Source: an uncultured virus (IMG/VR IMGVR_UViG_3300031689_000528) (Duplodnaviria > Heunggongvirae > Uroviricota > Caudoviricetes). From it: a stretch of DNA of 64,000 nt. This document shows, in pieces, positions 9,449 to 18,800 of the stretch. The first letter of the stretch is position 1, and every line of letters begins with the position of its first letter. Position numbers and translations under genes: made by a program. A model generated the notes under the pieces. That model was not told the DNA's origin and made no database searches. It was given only the letters and a program-made list of their open reading frames with translations. The stretch lies in IMG/VR virus record IMGVR_UViG_3300031689_000528. One strand, written 5' to 3'.

Positions 9449-9827
9449 AGTTACTGACAATCATTTAGGTGCAGTACCATTATGGGCAGAGGGAGATATT
9501 GAATTAGACCCTTTATGTTTTAAAGACGCAATTGCTTTAGCAGTCACCAACCAAGGTGTATTAATACCTTGTTGTAGAATGGACGATCCTAAAACAATGA
9601 ACGACCCTAGAATGAAAAAGATGTTAGAGGTTAGTACTATCAATAATAACAATACAGTAGAAGATATACTAAAGTCAGGTGAATGGAAAGAATTTGCAAA
9701 CAACTTATCAAAGAACATAGGACCTAATGCGTGTAGAACAACATGTGCCAAAGCAAAAAAATATTCACAGACAGTAGAATGGATTAACACCAAAACAGGT
9801 AAAACAACTAGTACTGAAAAGAAATAA
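9441..9827 (+). CDS. Stand-alone SPASM/Twitch-like Fe-S domain protein
   Basis: C..AVTNQGVLIPCC..D...C..TC pattern; coupled to the upstream radical SAM gene. Confidence 0.7.
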   Translation: MTKVTDNHLGAVPLWAEGDIELDPLCFKDAIALAVTNQGVLIPCCRMDDPKTMNDPRMKKMLEVSTINNNNTVEDILKSGEWKEFANNLSKNIGPNACRTTCAKAKKYSQTVEWINTKTGKTTSTEKK

Positions 9828-10663
9828 TGAAAAAGAAATTGATAGTAGCAGGTTGTAGTTTTACAGATATGAACTACGTTAGTTCAATTAATACTACAGG
9901 TGGAAAACAATGTGATGAGTTTCCTACATGGGGAGAAATACTAGCAAAACAATTAGATATGGATTTAGTTTGTCTAGCAAAAAACGGTGCTGGTCAAGAG
10001 CAGATATATTCTAGTGTACAAGATTATCTATTAGAAAATGATCCAAAAGAAATAGGTTTATGTATTGCAGGTTGGTCAAAATGTCAAAGAGTAAATTGGC
10101 AAAAGAAAAACCTGGAATGGTGTGACGCTAAACCTAATATGTATGGTCATGTATATGGGTGGATAAAGTCTTCATTAAGATATCAATATGCATTTCAAAA
10201 TTTATGTGAACAACATAATATACCATATAAACATTTTCAAATGATTTCTTTATTTGTAGATCATATCTATGAATATGAATTTAAAGAAGCAGGTGGTAAT
10301 TATGAAAAGATAAGACAAGGTTGTGTTGATGTAATTAAAAACTCACCACAATATAAACATATGAAAAACTTTATTGGTTGGCCTATATTTAATGAAGAAG
10401 ATGGTTTTGTTGTTGCAGATTTAAAAATCCACAAAAATTGGGGAGTAGAAGATAGATTGGCTAATAATATACCTACATCTACTTTTAATCCTGCTAATAG
10501 AGATTACGATGAGAAGATTTACTTTACGGATATATATGGTAAGCCGGTTGGTCTAGCACCAAAAGGAACAATTGATTATGACCATGTTATTGAAAAGAGT
10601 AATCCACACCCAAACAAAAAAGGTCACGAATGGCTTGCTAAATATATAGAGGATAAATTATGA
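9827..10663 (+). CDS. SGNH/GDSL-like hydrolase or acyltransferase
   Basis: N-terminal VAGCSFT, LAKNGAGQ and C-terminal HPNKKGH motifs. Confidence 0.65.
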   Translation: MKKKLIVAGCSFTDMNYVSSINTTGGKQCDEFPTWGEILAKQLDMDLVCLAKNGAGQEQIYSSVQDYLLENDPKEIGLCIAGWSKCQRVNWQKKNLEWCDAKPNMYGHVYGWIKSSLRYQYAFQNLCEQHNIPYKHFQMISLFVDHIYEYEFKEAGGNYEKIRQGCVDVIKNSPQYKHMKNFIGWPIFNEEDGFVVADLKIHKNWGVEDRLANNIPTSTFNPANRDYDEKIYFTDIYGKPVGLAPKGTIDYDHVIEKSNPHPNKKGHEWLAKYIEDKL

Positions 10664-11076
10664 ACGATAAAAAAGTAGGATTTACATGTAGTACTTTTGA
10701 TTTGTTACATGCTGGTCATGTACAAATGTTAAAGGATGCCAAAGACCAATGCGATTACTTAATCGTAGGTTTACAAACAGACCCAACTATAGATAGACCT
10801 GATACCAAAAATAAACCAATACAAACATTGGTAGAAAGAGGTATACAGTTATCAGCAGTTAAGTATGTAGACGAAGTTATTACGTATCAAACTGAACAAG
10901 ACTTGGAAGATATATTAACAATGTTTAATATATCAGTAAGAATTATGGGAGAAGAATATCAAGGTACAGAGTTCACAGGTAAGGAGATATGTGTTAAGAA
11001 ACATATAAAGATAGTTTACAACAAAAGAGACCACCGTTTTTCATCAACAGATTTAAGAAAAAGAATTAAAAATTAG
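10660..11076 (+). CDS. tagD: Cytidylyltransferase (glycerol-3-phosphate cytidylyltransferase TagD-like)
   Basis: TFDLLHAGH (HxGH), DYLIVGL, KYVDEV and RDHRFSST motifs. Confidence 0.85.
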   Translation: MNDKKVGFTCSTFDLLHAGHVQMLKDAKDQCDYLIVGLQTDPTIDRPDTKNKPIQTLVERGIQLSAVKYVDEVITYQTEQDLEDILTMFNISVRIMGEEYQGTEFTGKEICVKKHIKIVYNKRDHRFSSTDLRKRIKN

Positions 11077-11085
11077 GAGAAAATA

Positions 11086-11514
11086 ATGTCAAAAGCAAAA
11101 CTAGGAGATGTAACTGATTTCAGTTATAGAGTTAAGAGAGTAACAAAAATAGTAGATGGTGATACAATAGATGTATTATTAGATATGGGATTTGATATTT
11201 TATATCAACAAAGAGTTAGACTATTCGGTATAGATACACCAGAGTCTAGAACAAGAGATTTAGTAGAAAAGAAATTTGGTCTTAAAGCTAAAAAGTTTCT
11301 AACAGATCAAATTAAAAAAGCAACAAAGATTACAATTAGAACATACAAAGGTGACGAAACAGGTAAGTTTGGTAGAATATTAGGCGATGTATATTGTGAT
11401 GGTAAATCCGTTAATTCATTAATGTGTAAAGTAGGTCACGCAGTACAATACTATGGACAAAACAAAGAACTTGTTGAATCAGCACATTTAAAAAACAGAA
11501 AAAGGGTAAAATAA
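11086..11514 (+). CDS. Thermonuclease (SNase-like) family protein
   Basis: KIVDGDTID, RVRLFGIDTPE and GKFGRILG motifs. Confidence 0.88.
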   Translation: MSKAKLGDVTDFSYRVKRVTKIVDGDTIDVLLDMGFDILYQQRVRLFGIDTPESRTRDLVEKKFGLKAKKFLTDQIKKATKITIRTYKGDETGKFGRILGDVYCDGKSVNSLMCKVGHAVQYYGQNKELVESAHLKNRKRVK

Positions 11515-11517
11515 TTT

Positions 11518-11742
11518 ATGAGTAATTTTGATAATCACGACAAAGATAACGATCACGATAGATCGTATGAAAATGAATCTACAAGAGATACAACACCTAT
11601 GGTTTCTATATCATTAAGAGAATATGATAAGTTAAAATCAGGAAGTGCTTTCATCACAGACAAAGCAACGATTGATATTATAGATAATCTTGAAAGACTC
11701 GTTAGAGCATTAAGAAAACATATAGTTAGATCAGAGATTTAA
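11518..11742 (+). CDS. Hypothetical protein
   Basis: 74-aa ORF packed directly after the nuclease gene. Confidence 0.6.
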   Translation: MSNFDNHDKDNDHDRSYENESTRDTTPMVSISLREYDKLKSGSAFITDKATIDIIDNLERLVRALRKHIVRSEI

Positions 11743-12006
11743 TTATCTGTGATATACGGCAAACGTTGTCGCCATGTTCATATGACAAAATGATTGTGGT
11801 CTTTTATAGAATTGAGTAGAGTTTCCTCTATATCTATATCTAATAGGTTTAGCATTTTTATGTGCCGATACTTCTTTAAAGTATTTTAAATACTTCATTG
11901 GTATGCCGGCAGCTATACATCTACTATCGCTTTTCCATGGATCCAACATATGTTTGATTAACACAGAATTTACAATTTTATTAAATACTCTTTGTCTTCT
12001 ATTCAT
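11743..12006 (-). CDS. Hypothetical protein
   Basis: Likely start MNRRQ at 12006 with GAGG RBS; RYRYRG motif. Confidence 0.6.
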   Translation of the reverse strand: MNRRQRVFNKIVNSVLIKHMLDPWKSDSRCIAAGIPMKYLKYFKEVSAHKNAKPIRYRYRGNSTQFYKRPQSFCHMNMATTFAVYHR

Positions 12007-12008
12007 AA

Positions 12009-12359
12009 TTATCCTCTCAAATATTCGGGACCAGTCCATCTAATAGAATAGCCTCCAGTTAGTACATTGCCTCTAGCTTTGTTTAATGCAGGAGCATTAA
12101 AACCAGCCGCCTTTAATACGTCACCTTTTTTAAAGTGTTTAAAGTCTTCTTTAACAATAAAAGCAAACACTCCGTTTTCTTGTACAACTTTAATGTACTT
12201 CTTACCTTGTGTTACTTTAGTTTTACTGTCCCATTCTTCTAATTGTCTTTTTCCGTAATCAGAACCTTTTCCCCAATTAGCATAATCATGTTTGGCACCA
12301 GCCATCATGTTCTTAATACCTTCGTCTAAAGTTTCTGCTGTTTTATCTACTATACTCAT
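12009..12359 (-). CDS. Conserved hypothetical phage protein
   Basis: GKKYIKV..VFAFI..GDVLKAAGFNAPA..ARGNV..WTGPEYL pattern; coupled within an operon. Confidence 0.7.
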   Translation of the reverse strand: MSIVDKTAETLDEGIKNMMAGAKHDYANWGKGSDYGKRQLEEWDSKTKVTQGKKYIKVVQENGVFAFIVKEDFKHFKKGDVLKAAGFNAPALNKARGNVLTGGYSIRWTGPEYLRG

Positions 12360-12706
12360 TATATTCCTACTCCTTCATGTCTAAAATCTACGATTGGGTG
12401 AAAATCATAAGCGTATTCATTATCAGGTAATGTACCTGACATTTGAACATGACAATCATTTTTCTTTTTATTATCAAAGAAAGTCTGTAAAGTTTTCTTT
12501 AGATTATTTGCCATCTGTTCATGTATTGAAACACCAAACTTTGCAAATAAAGTACCACACATGATAGTACAATCAGTAGCGCTTTCTTCTAATGCAAGTT
12601 TCATTATGTCTTTTCTCAATTGAATAGACTTGTTTTTATAATCAGCCATTTCTTGACCTTTTTCTTCTTGTATTCTTAACTCGTTATACATTTCTGGTGT
12701 AATCAT
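12359..12706 (-). CDS. Hypothetical protein
   Basis: 115-aa ORF with stop/start coupling and AGGAG RBS. Confidence 0.65.
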   Translation of the reverse strand: MITPEMYNELRIQEEKGQEMADYKNKSIQLRKDIMKLALEESATDCTIMCGTLFAKFGVSIHEQMANNLKKTLQTFFDNKKKNDCHVQMSGTLPDNEYAYDFHPIVDFRHEGVGI

Positions 12707-12924
12707 TATTTTTGCTCCTTATAAAGTTCTTGTGAGTACAAAGAAAGTATAAACATTGTTATACCAAGCATTGCAAGAGCACCAGCACCAATCCACTGAT
12801 CAGTTTCAACAGCACCTGCTGAACCAACTAATGCAAGAGTACCAATAATAGCACAAACTATTGTTGTAAATTCAATTAACTTTTTTTTCATAGTGTTTCC
12901 TTTTGTTATAGTGTTTTTTTTCAT
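12706..12924 (-). CDS. Small two-TM membrane protein
   Basis: Two hydrophobic helices; first gene after a sigma70-like promoter. Confidence 0.6.
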   Translation of the reverse strand: MKKNTITKGNTMKKKLIEFTTIVCAIIGTLALVGSAGAVETDQWIGAGALAMLGITMFILSLYSQELYKEQK

Positions 12925-12935
12925 ATTACTCGTCC

Positions 12936-12964
12936 ATCCTATAACATAAATACAGCAAAGTCAA
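12936..12964 (-). promoter_or_regulatory. Sigma70-type (early) promoter
   Basis: Minus strand TTGACT (12964-12959), 17-bp spacer, TAGGAT (12941-12936), with an upstream T-tract. Confidence 0.6.
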
Positions 12965-12982
12965 GAAAAAAAAGCATAAAAT

Positions 12983-13162
12983 ATGAAAATAATTCAAATA
13001 ATTGTGATTTGTTCTCTTTTTGTACTGGTTTCTTGTACTAGAAGTGTTACGGATTGCAAAATTAAGGCAGATTTAGAAAAAATAGGCGAATCAGCGTTAA
13101 AAAATAAAGAAAACTTATCTGAAACTGAATTGCGACAAGCTCAAATGTCGTGTAATTTTTAA
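12983..13162 (+). CDS. 59-aa putative lipoprotein (not in ORF track)
   Basis: MKIIQIIVICSLFVLVS|CTRSV...: basic-hydrophobic signal with a lipobox-like LVSC. Confidence 0.55.
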   Translation: MKIIQIIVICSLFVLVSCTRSVTDCKIKADLEKIGESALKNKENLSETELRQAQMSCNF

Positions 13163-13176
13163 GGATAAATAATATT

Positions 13177-13335
13177 ATGATCAATTGTCAAAATTGTGGA
13201 TATAAATGTCATTGTGGAGAAAAAAAGTACATAAATTATGGAGAAAAGAAAAAAACTGAAGTTTGTACTAATTGCCGACACAACGAATCAGACGATTCTT
13301 GGAAAGATCAAGTAAAATATGATAATACTAATTAA
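13177..13335 (+). CDS. 52-aa Cys-rich zinc-finger-like protein (not in ORF track)
   Basis: MINCQNCGYKCHCGE...VCTNCRH; preceded by a GATAAATA late-like box. Confidence 0.55.
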   Translation: MINCQNCGYKCHCGEKKYINYGEKKKTEVCTNCRHNESDDSWKDQVKYDNTN

Positions 13336-13347
13336 TGGAGTTATAAA

Positions 13348-13605
13348 ATGAAGAAAATGAGAATATTTAAGTTTTGGAATGAAGCAGGTGACGAAAAAGA
13401 GAAAGAAGCTATGAGTTTGAAGAAGGCAGTTATCTCTGTACAAGGTGATTTTAAAGATAAATTCATCGGTGTTGAATATATGAGTAAAAAAGGCAAACAA
13501 ATTACTGATTCCGTAAAAATACCTATGGGTAGAAAAATAAGACAAGCGGCAATCATAGAAAAAAAGAAAGCAGCTGCAAAAGCAGCAAAAGAATTGGGAA
13601 AATAA
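13348..13605 (+). CDS. Hypothetical basic protein
   Basis: GGAG RBS; coupled to the PAAR gene. Confidence 0.7.
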   Translation: MKKMRIFKFWNEAGDEKEKEAMSLKKAVISVQGDFKDKFIGVEYMSKKGKQITDSVKIPMGRKIRQAAIIEKKKAAAKAAKELGK

Positions 13606-13904
13606 TGCCAGCAATCAGTAGACAAGGCGACAGTTTGAGTACAGGACACATTTGTGTTGGTACAACGACTTTAAATACGCCTGGTCAAAGTACTGTTAAG
13701 GCAAATAGTATCTTAATAGCGAGAGTGGGTGACCCGACGGTCTCCCACCCATTCCCACCAGCACCACCTTGCGCTCCTCATGTTGCAGTAGTCAATGTAG
13801 GCAGTTCAACAGTAAGAGTTTGTGGCATACCGGTTGCACGTATTGGTGACAGTACAGACGCTGGAGCAATGACTTCAGGTTCTTCAAATATATTCGCCGG
13901 TTGA
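13605..13904 (+). CDS. PAAR-repeat spike tip protein (gp5.4-like)
   Basis: MPAISRQGD, IARVGD and PVARIGD repeats, GSSNIFAG end. Confidence 0.9.
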   Translation: MPAISRQGDSLSTGHICVGTTTLNTPGQSTVKANSILIARVGDPTVSHPFPPAPPCAPHVAVVNVGSSTVRVCGIPVARIGDSTDAGAMTSGSSNIFAG

Positions 13905-13906
13905 CG

Positions 13907-13914
13907 TATAAATA
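13907..13914 (+). promoter_or_regulatory. Late promoter TATAAATA
   Basis: Exact box 9 bp before the gp25 ATG. Confidence 0.75.
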
Positions 13915-13923
13915 TATGGTGTA

Positions 13924-14349
13924 ATGCCAAACTTTGATAGTAGTAATACAAACAACAGTAAACGAAAGAATAGAATCTATACAGATTTAGATTTGAATTT
14001 CGGTCGTAATACAGTTACAAGTGATGTTAATAAATTGACAGATGTAGAGGCCGTTAAAAGAAGTGTTAGAAATTTAATCAATACTTCTCACTTTGAAAGA
14101 CCTTTTCATCCAGAGATTGGTAGTGATGTAAGAAGAATGTTATTTGAACCAATGACACCTCTAACAGCATTAAATTTACAAAGAAAAGTTGGCGAAGTAT
14201 TAAATAATTTTGAACCAAGAATTAAATTAGTTCAAATTTTAGCTAGACCAGATTTAGACAGAAATAGTTATCACTTAACAATTATGTTTTATGTAATAGG
14301 TGTTTCTGAACCAGTAACAGTAGAAACTTTTTTAGAGAGAACAAGATAA
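13924..14349 (+). CDS. gp25: Baseplate wedge subunit gp25
   Basis: YTDLDLNF, AVKRSVRNLI, ERPFHPEIGS and FEPRI motifs. Confidence 0.92.
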   Translation: MPNFDSSNTNNSKRKNRIYTDLDLNFGRNTVTSDVNKLTDVEAVKRSVRNLINTSHFERPFHPEIGSDVRRMLFEPMTPLTALNLQRKVGEVLNNFEPRIKLVQILARPDLDRNSYHLTIMFYVIGVSEPVTVETFLERTR

Positions 14350-14350
14350 A

Positions 14351-16192
14351 ATGGCAAGTAACAAATTAATAGTATCTGATTTTGACTTTGATAACATAAA
14401 ATCAAACTTAAAAACATTTTTACAAAATCAACCAGAATTTTCAGACTATAATTTTGAAGGATCAGGCTTTGCCGTTCTTTTGGATACATTAGCATACAAT
14501 ACACACTATCTTGGCTTCAATGCTAACATGTTAGTTAATGAAGTTTATCTAGACAGTGCAGACGTAAGAAAAAATATAGTTTCATTAGCAAAGGCATTAG
14601 GTTATACACCATCATCAGCTAGAGCTTCAACAGCAAGTGTTGACATAACAATAAACAATGCTTCAGGTTCAAGTATCTTGATGAACAAAGGAACAACTTT
14701 CACAACAAGTGTAGATGGAACAGGATTTAATTTTTGTACTAATGAAGATATTACAATTACACCATCAAACGGTGTTTACAAATTTTCAAAAGTAAATATA
14801 TACGAAGGTACTTTAGTTACTTTCAAATATACAGTTGACAGTACAGATGTTGATCAAAAGTTTGTAATACAAAATGTTAATGCTGATACATCTACTTTAA
14901 AAGTAACAGTACAAAATTCATTATCAGATTCAACTGTAAACACTTATTCAGGCGCTACAGGTTTAAGAAACTTAAATCACTTATCTAAAGTTTACTTCAC
15001 ACAAGAAACAGATACAGGTAGATTTCAAGTTTACTTCGGTGATGATGTAATAGGTAATAAATTAGAAGATGGTAACATAGTTACTTTAGAATATATCGTT
15101 ACGAACAAAACAGAGGCTAATGGCGCTAAGTCATTTGAGTTAGGTTCTACTATCGGTAGTTTTTCAAACGTAACTATAACAACTAAATCAAGTGCTCAAG
15201 GTGGTGCAGAACCTGAAACTAAAGAGTCAATTAGATTTAATGCTCCATTACAATACACAGCACAAGACAGAGCAGTTACAGCTACAGACTATGAAACAAT
15301 TGTTAGATCAATTTATCCTAATGCATTATCTATTAGTGCTTGGGGTGGAGAAGATGATGAAACACCGGTTTATGGTGTAGTAAAAATTTCTATCAAGGCT
15401 GCTTCGGGTTCAACATTAACTGATAGTACTAAAGCGTCTATTATAAAATCTTTAATACCTTATAACGTTGCTTCAGTTAGACCAGAAATTATTGATCCAG
15501 AAATAACATCTATTCTGTTAACAACTAATGCTAAGTATGATAAGAAAAGTACAAGTAAATCACTTGATACCTTAAAGTCAGAAATCACTACTGCTATTAC
15601 AAATTACAACACTTCAACTTTACAAAAGTTTGATGGTGTCTTTAGATTTTCTAAATTAACAGGTCTAGTAGACAGTGTAGATAAAAGCATACTATCTAAC
15701 ATCACAACAGTTAAAATGAGAAAGAATTTTACACCTACTATTGCGGCTTCAACAAAATACGATATGTACTTTAGAAATGCAATACATAATCCACATTCTG
15801 GTCATACATCAATACTTTCATCTACTGGATTTAAAGTTACAGGCAGTGATAATGAAATGTTTTTAGATGATGATAGTTACGGTAACGTTAGAAGATATTA
15901 TCTAGTAAGTGGTGTTAAAACTTATGCTAATGCAACACAAGGTATAGTTAATTACAAAACAGGTCAAGTAACAATCAATTCTTTGAACGTTGCTTCAATA
16001 TCTAATATTAGAAATGCAGTATCTAACGTTATTGAGATTACGGTATCGCCTAGTTCAAACGATATAGTGCCAGTTAGAAATCAAGTAATAGAAATAGACA
16101 TAGCAAACTCAAATATAACTGTAGAACAAGATACATTTGTTGGTGGTTCAGCAGAAGCTGGTGTAGGCTATACAACTACAACAAGTTACTAA
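14351..16192 (+). CDS. gp6: Baseplate wedge subunit gp6
   Basis: DFDNIKSNLKTFL, DYNFEGSG, LAYNTHY, YFGDDVIG and QDRAVTATDY motifs. Confidence 0.93.
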   Translation: MASNKLIVSDFDFDNIKSNLKTFLQNQPEFSDYNFEGSGFAVLLDTLAYNTHYLGFNANMLVNEVYLDSADVRKNIVSLAKALGYTPSSARASTASVDITINNASGSSILMNKGTTFTTSVDGTGFNFCTNEDITITPSNGVYKFSKVNIYEGTLVTFKYTVDSTDVDQKFVIQNVNADTSTLKVTVQNSLSDSTVNTYSGATGLRNLNHLSKVYFTQETDTGRFQVYFGDDVIGNKLEDGNIVTLEYIVTNKTEANGAKSFELGSTIGSFSNVTITTKSSAQGGAEPETKESIRFNAPLQYTAQDRAVTATDYETIVRSIYPNALSISAWGGEDDETPVYGVVKISIKAASGSTLTDSTKASIIKSLIPYNVASVRPEIIDPEITSILLTTNAKYDKKSTSKSLDTLKSEITTAITNYNTSTLQKFDGVFRFSKLTGLVDSVDKSILSNITTVKMRKNFTPTIAASTKYDMYFRNAIHNPHSGHTSILSSTGFKVTGSDNEMFLDDDSYGNVRRYYLVSGVKTYANATQGIVNYKTGQVTINSLNVASISNIRNAVSNVIEITVSPSSNDIVPVRNQVIEIDIANSNITVEQDTFVGGSAEAGVGYTTTTSY

Positions 16193-16199
16193 TTAAACA

Positions 16200-18776
16200 A
16201 TGGCTAAATTTGATAATAAAATATCCAATTTAATACCAACTCAATTACCAGATTTTGTAGTTGATGATCACCCTAAATTCGTAGAATTTTTAAAAACATA
16301 CTATCAATTTATGGAAGCTGCAGAATTGCAGGTAACTTCAATTCAAACTACAGAGGGAATAACTTTAGAAAATCAAACAGGCACAAAATCTAATTTAACA
16401 CTAGACGCCGGTTCTCTTGGTTCAGAAAATACTCAATTAGATATAAATGATAAGATATTACTAGAAGAAAGTACTTTTGGTAAGTTTACATACAATGAAA
16501 CTATAACAGGACAAAATTCTAAAGCGACAGCAACAATTTTAGCTGAAGATTTAGATTCAAATAGACTATTCATAACATCACAAGACAAATTTGAAGTGGG
16601 AGAAACTATTTTAGGCAATTTGTCAAATGCAAGTGCAGTTGTTAATCTTTACAGACCTAATCCTGTTCAAACTATTCAACAATTAACAAATTTTAAGGAT
16701 CCTGACAAAGTAATCTCTAATTTCTTAAATAATTTTAGAAATGAGTTTTTTAAAACTATTCCAGAGAACTTAGCTAAAGGAATAGACAAAAGAAACCTAA
16801 TTAAAAATATTAAATCGTTATATACTTTAAAAGGCACTCAAAAAGGGCACGAACTGTTTTTTAGAATACTATTTAACGATACATCTGAAACTTTTTACCC
16901 TAGAGAGCAGATGTTAAAAGTATCTGACGGTAATTACGACACAAAAACAGTAATGAGAATAATTGCTAGTCAAGGTGATACATTAAAATTAATAGGAAGA
17001 ACAATTACAGGTAAAACTTCTAAAGCAACAGCAATAGTAGAAAATGTATCAAAATTTTATATAGGTAGCAGTGAAGTTTCTGAAATAACTGTAAACAAAG
17101 ATAGTATCGTAGGTACTTTTGTTGTAGAAGAAGATATACAAGGTACAGCAACTGATACAGACGATTACTTTATAATTGCAACAGTAACCGGAGTACCAGG
17201 AAATAAAACAATTACTAATGATGGTAATCTTTATACTACAGAGGATCAAGTTACAGTTTCAGGTGGTGGTCAACAAGCTTCGTTTCAAATCAATAATGTT
17301 GGTTCAGGTAAAGTAACTGAAACAGTTGTAGACACAGGTGGTTCAGGATATGTAATTGGAGATACTTTAAGTTTCAATAATACTAATACAAATGGTGCAG
17401 GCGCCACAGCTGTTGTTACAATTGTAAATGGTGGTATTACAGGAGATACTACTGAACACATTATACTAGAAGATGAAACATGCTCTGGTGACTATATTTC
17501 AGGAGATAAATTTGTACAAGAAACTAACACAGGCACAGGAGATATTACAGACATTTATTTAATAAGTGGTGGTGACGGATATAAATCTTTACCTACAGTT
17601 GTAGTAACATCTACTGCCGGTACAGGTGCAAAAGTATTATCTTATGGAACAGACATAGGTAAAATTTTAGGAATAGAAACATCAAATTTAGGTATAGAGT
17701 ATGAAAAATCTCCATCACCTACATTATCATTTGTACAAAATTTATTTGTAACAGGTGTTACAGGTTCTTTCACTGCTAATACTATTGTAACCGGTGGTAC
17801 ATCGGGTGCTACGGGTACTGTTACTAGTTGGAATACAAATACTAATTTATTAAAACTAAAAACAGTTTCAGGATCTTTTCAACTAAATGAATCATTATCA
17901 GCAAGTGGTGGTAGTGCAACTTTAAACAGATTAGATATACCAACAACAAGTGTATCAGTTGTTTCTGTGGTAGATACAGATGGTAAATTTATTGATGAAA
18001 AAGGATTTGTTTCAGAAAATACTATGAAAGTACAAGATAGTTTATACTATCAAGATTTTTCTTATGTATTAAAAGTAGGTAACTCAATTAATTTATGGAG
18101 AGACGCATTTAAAAAAACAATGCATACTTCAGGTTTTTATTTTACAGGACAAGTTGATATAGAAAACAGATTGAATATGAGAGTTAAAATTGCAGAGGCA
18201 ATAAACACTGGTGTAATTGGCGAACCAATAATTTCAATGATGAAATTAATATTTGAAACTGTATTTGGTAGAAGAACAGGAACAGTTGATGATGGTTCAA
18301 ATTTGTCTGCTCAACCTCAACAGCCTAATCCAAATAACTCTAGAGACGTAACTTTAACAAGAGCGCCTATAGCTATTAAATTAAATTTAAGATTAAGAAG
18401 AAAAGTTGGAACAGGCGTGACTATAAATCAAGGATTTGCATATTGTGGTCCTAGATTTGCTTCAATAAACAAGTGGGCTAATACAGCATATGGTGTTACA
18501 GGTAATAGATCAGGTGGTATTAATGGTACAACAGGTATTACTTTTGATAGATTAAATGAATTAAAGGTTACAGGTACTAGATCAAGTTTAGATGGCACAA
18601 CAGCAATATTTAATATGATAAGTGGAAACAACGCAAACGAAGATGATTTTGGTTTCATGTTAAAGACCAACTTCGCTTTTCCAACAGATATTACGTTCCC
18701 AGGTGAAGAATCGTTCAGTGGTAATACTTTGAAATATGATTCAACAAACAAAAAATTTGACAAAACAACTGTATAA
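16200..18776 (+). CDS. gp7: Baseplate wedge initiator gp7-like
   Basis: QLPDFV..DHPKFVEFLKTYY, IKNIKSLYTLKGT and QDSLYYQDFSYVLK; lies between gp6 and gp8. Confidence 0.8.
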   Translation: MAKFDNKISNLIPTQLPDFVVDDHPKFVEFLKTYYQFMEAAELQVTSIQTTEGITLENQTGTKSNLTLDAGSLGSENTQLDINDKILLEESTFGKFTYNETITGQNSKATATILAEDLDSNRLFITSQDKFEVGETILGNLSNASAVVNLYRPNPVQTIQQLTNFKDPDKVISNFLNNFRNEFFKTIPENLAKGIDKRNLIKNIKSLYTLKGTQKGHELFFRILFNDTSETFYPREQMLKVSDGNYDTKTVMRIIASQGDTLKLIGRTITGKTSKATAIVENVSKFYIGSSEVSEITVNKDSIVGTFVVEEDIQGTATDTDDYFIIATVTGVPGNKTITNDGNLYTTEDQVTVSGGGQQASFQINNVGSGKVTETVVDTGGSGYVIGDTLSFNNTNTNGAGATAVVTIVNGGITGDTTEHIILEDETCSGDYISGDKFVQETNTGTGDITDIYLISGGDGYKSLPTVVVTSTAGTGAKVLSYGTDIGKILGIETSNLGIEYEKSPSPTLSFVQNLFVTGVTGSFTANTIVTGGTSGATGTVTSWNTNTNLLKLKTVSGSFQLNESLSASGGSATLNRLDIPTTSVSVVSVVDTDGKFIDEKGFVSENTMKVQDSLYYQDFSYVLKVGNSINLWRDAFKKTMHTSGFYFTGQVDIENRLNMRVKIAEAINTGVIGEPIISMMKLIFETVFGRRTGTVDDGSNLSAQPQQPNPNNSRDVTLTRAPIAIKLNLRLRRKVGTGVTINQGFAYCGPRFASINKWANTAYGVTGNRSGGINGTTGITFDRLNELKVTGTRSSLDGTTAIFNMISGNNANEDDFGFMLKTNFAFPTDITFPGEESFSGNTLKYDSTNKKFDKTTV

Positions 18777-18791
18777 ATATAACTATAAATA
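18772..18791 (+). promoter_or_regulatory. Tandem late promoters TATAAATA (18772-18779 and 18784-18791)
   Basis: Two exact boxes immediately before ORF 18801. Confidence 0.7.
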
Positions 18792-18800
18792 GAGATAGAA

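Noticed and set aside
13288..13649. Minus-strand ORFs 13288..13614 and 13341..13649
   Set aside because: Antisense to the RBS-supported 13348 gene, with Phe-rich shadow composition.
13605..14349. Type VI secretion locus (PAAR, gp25/TssE)
   Set aside because: The context is a complete T4-like baseplate, neck and terminase module.
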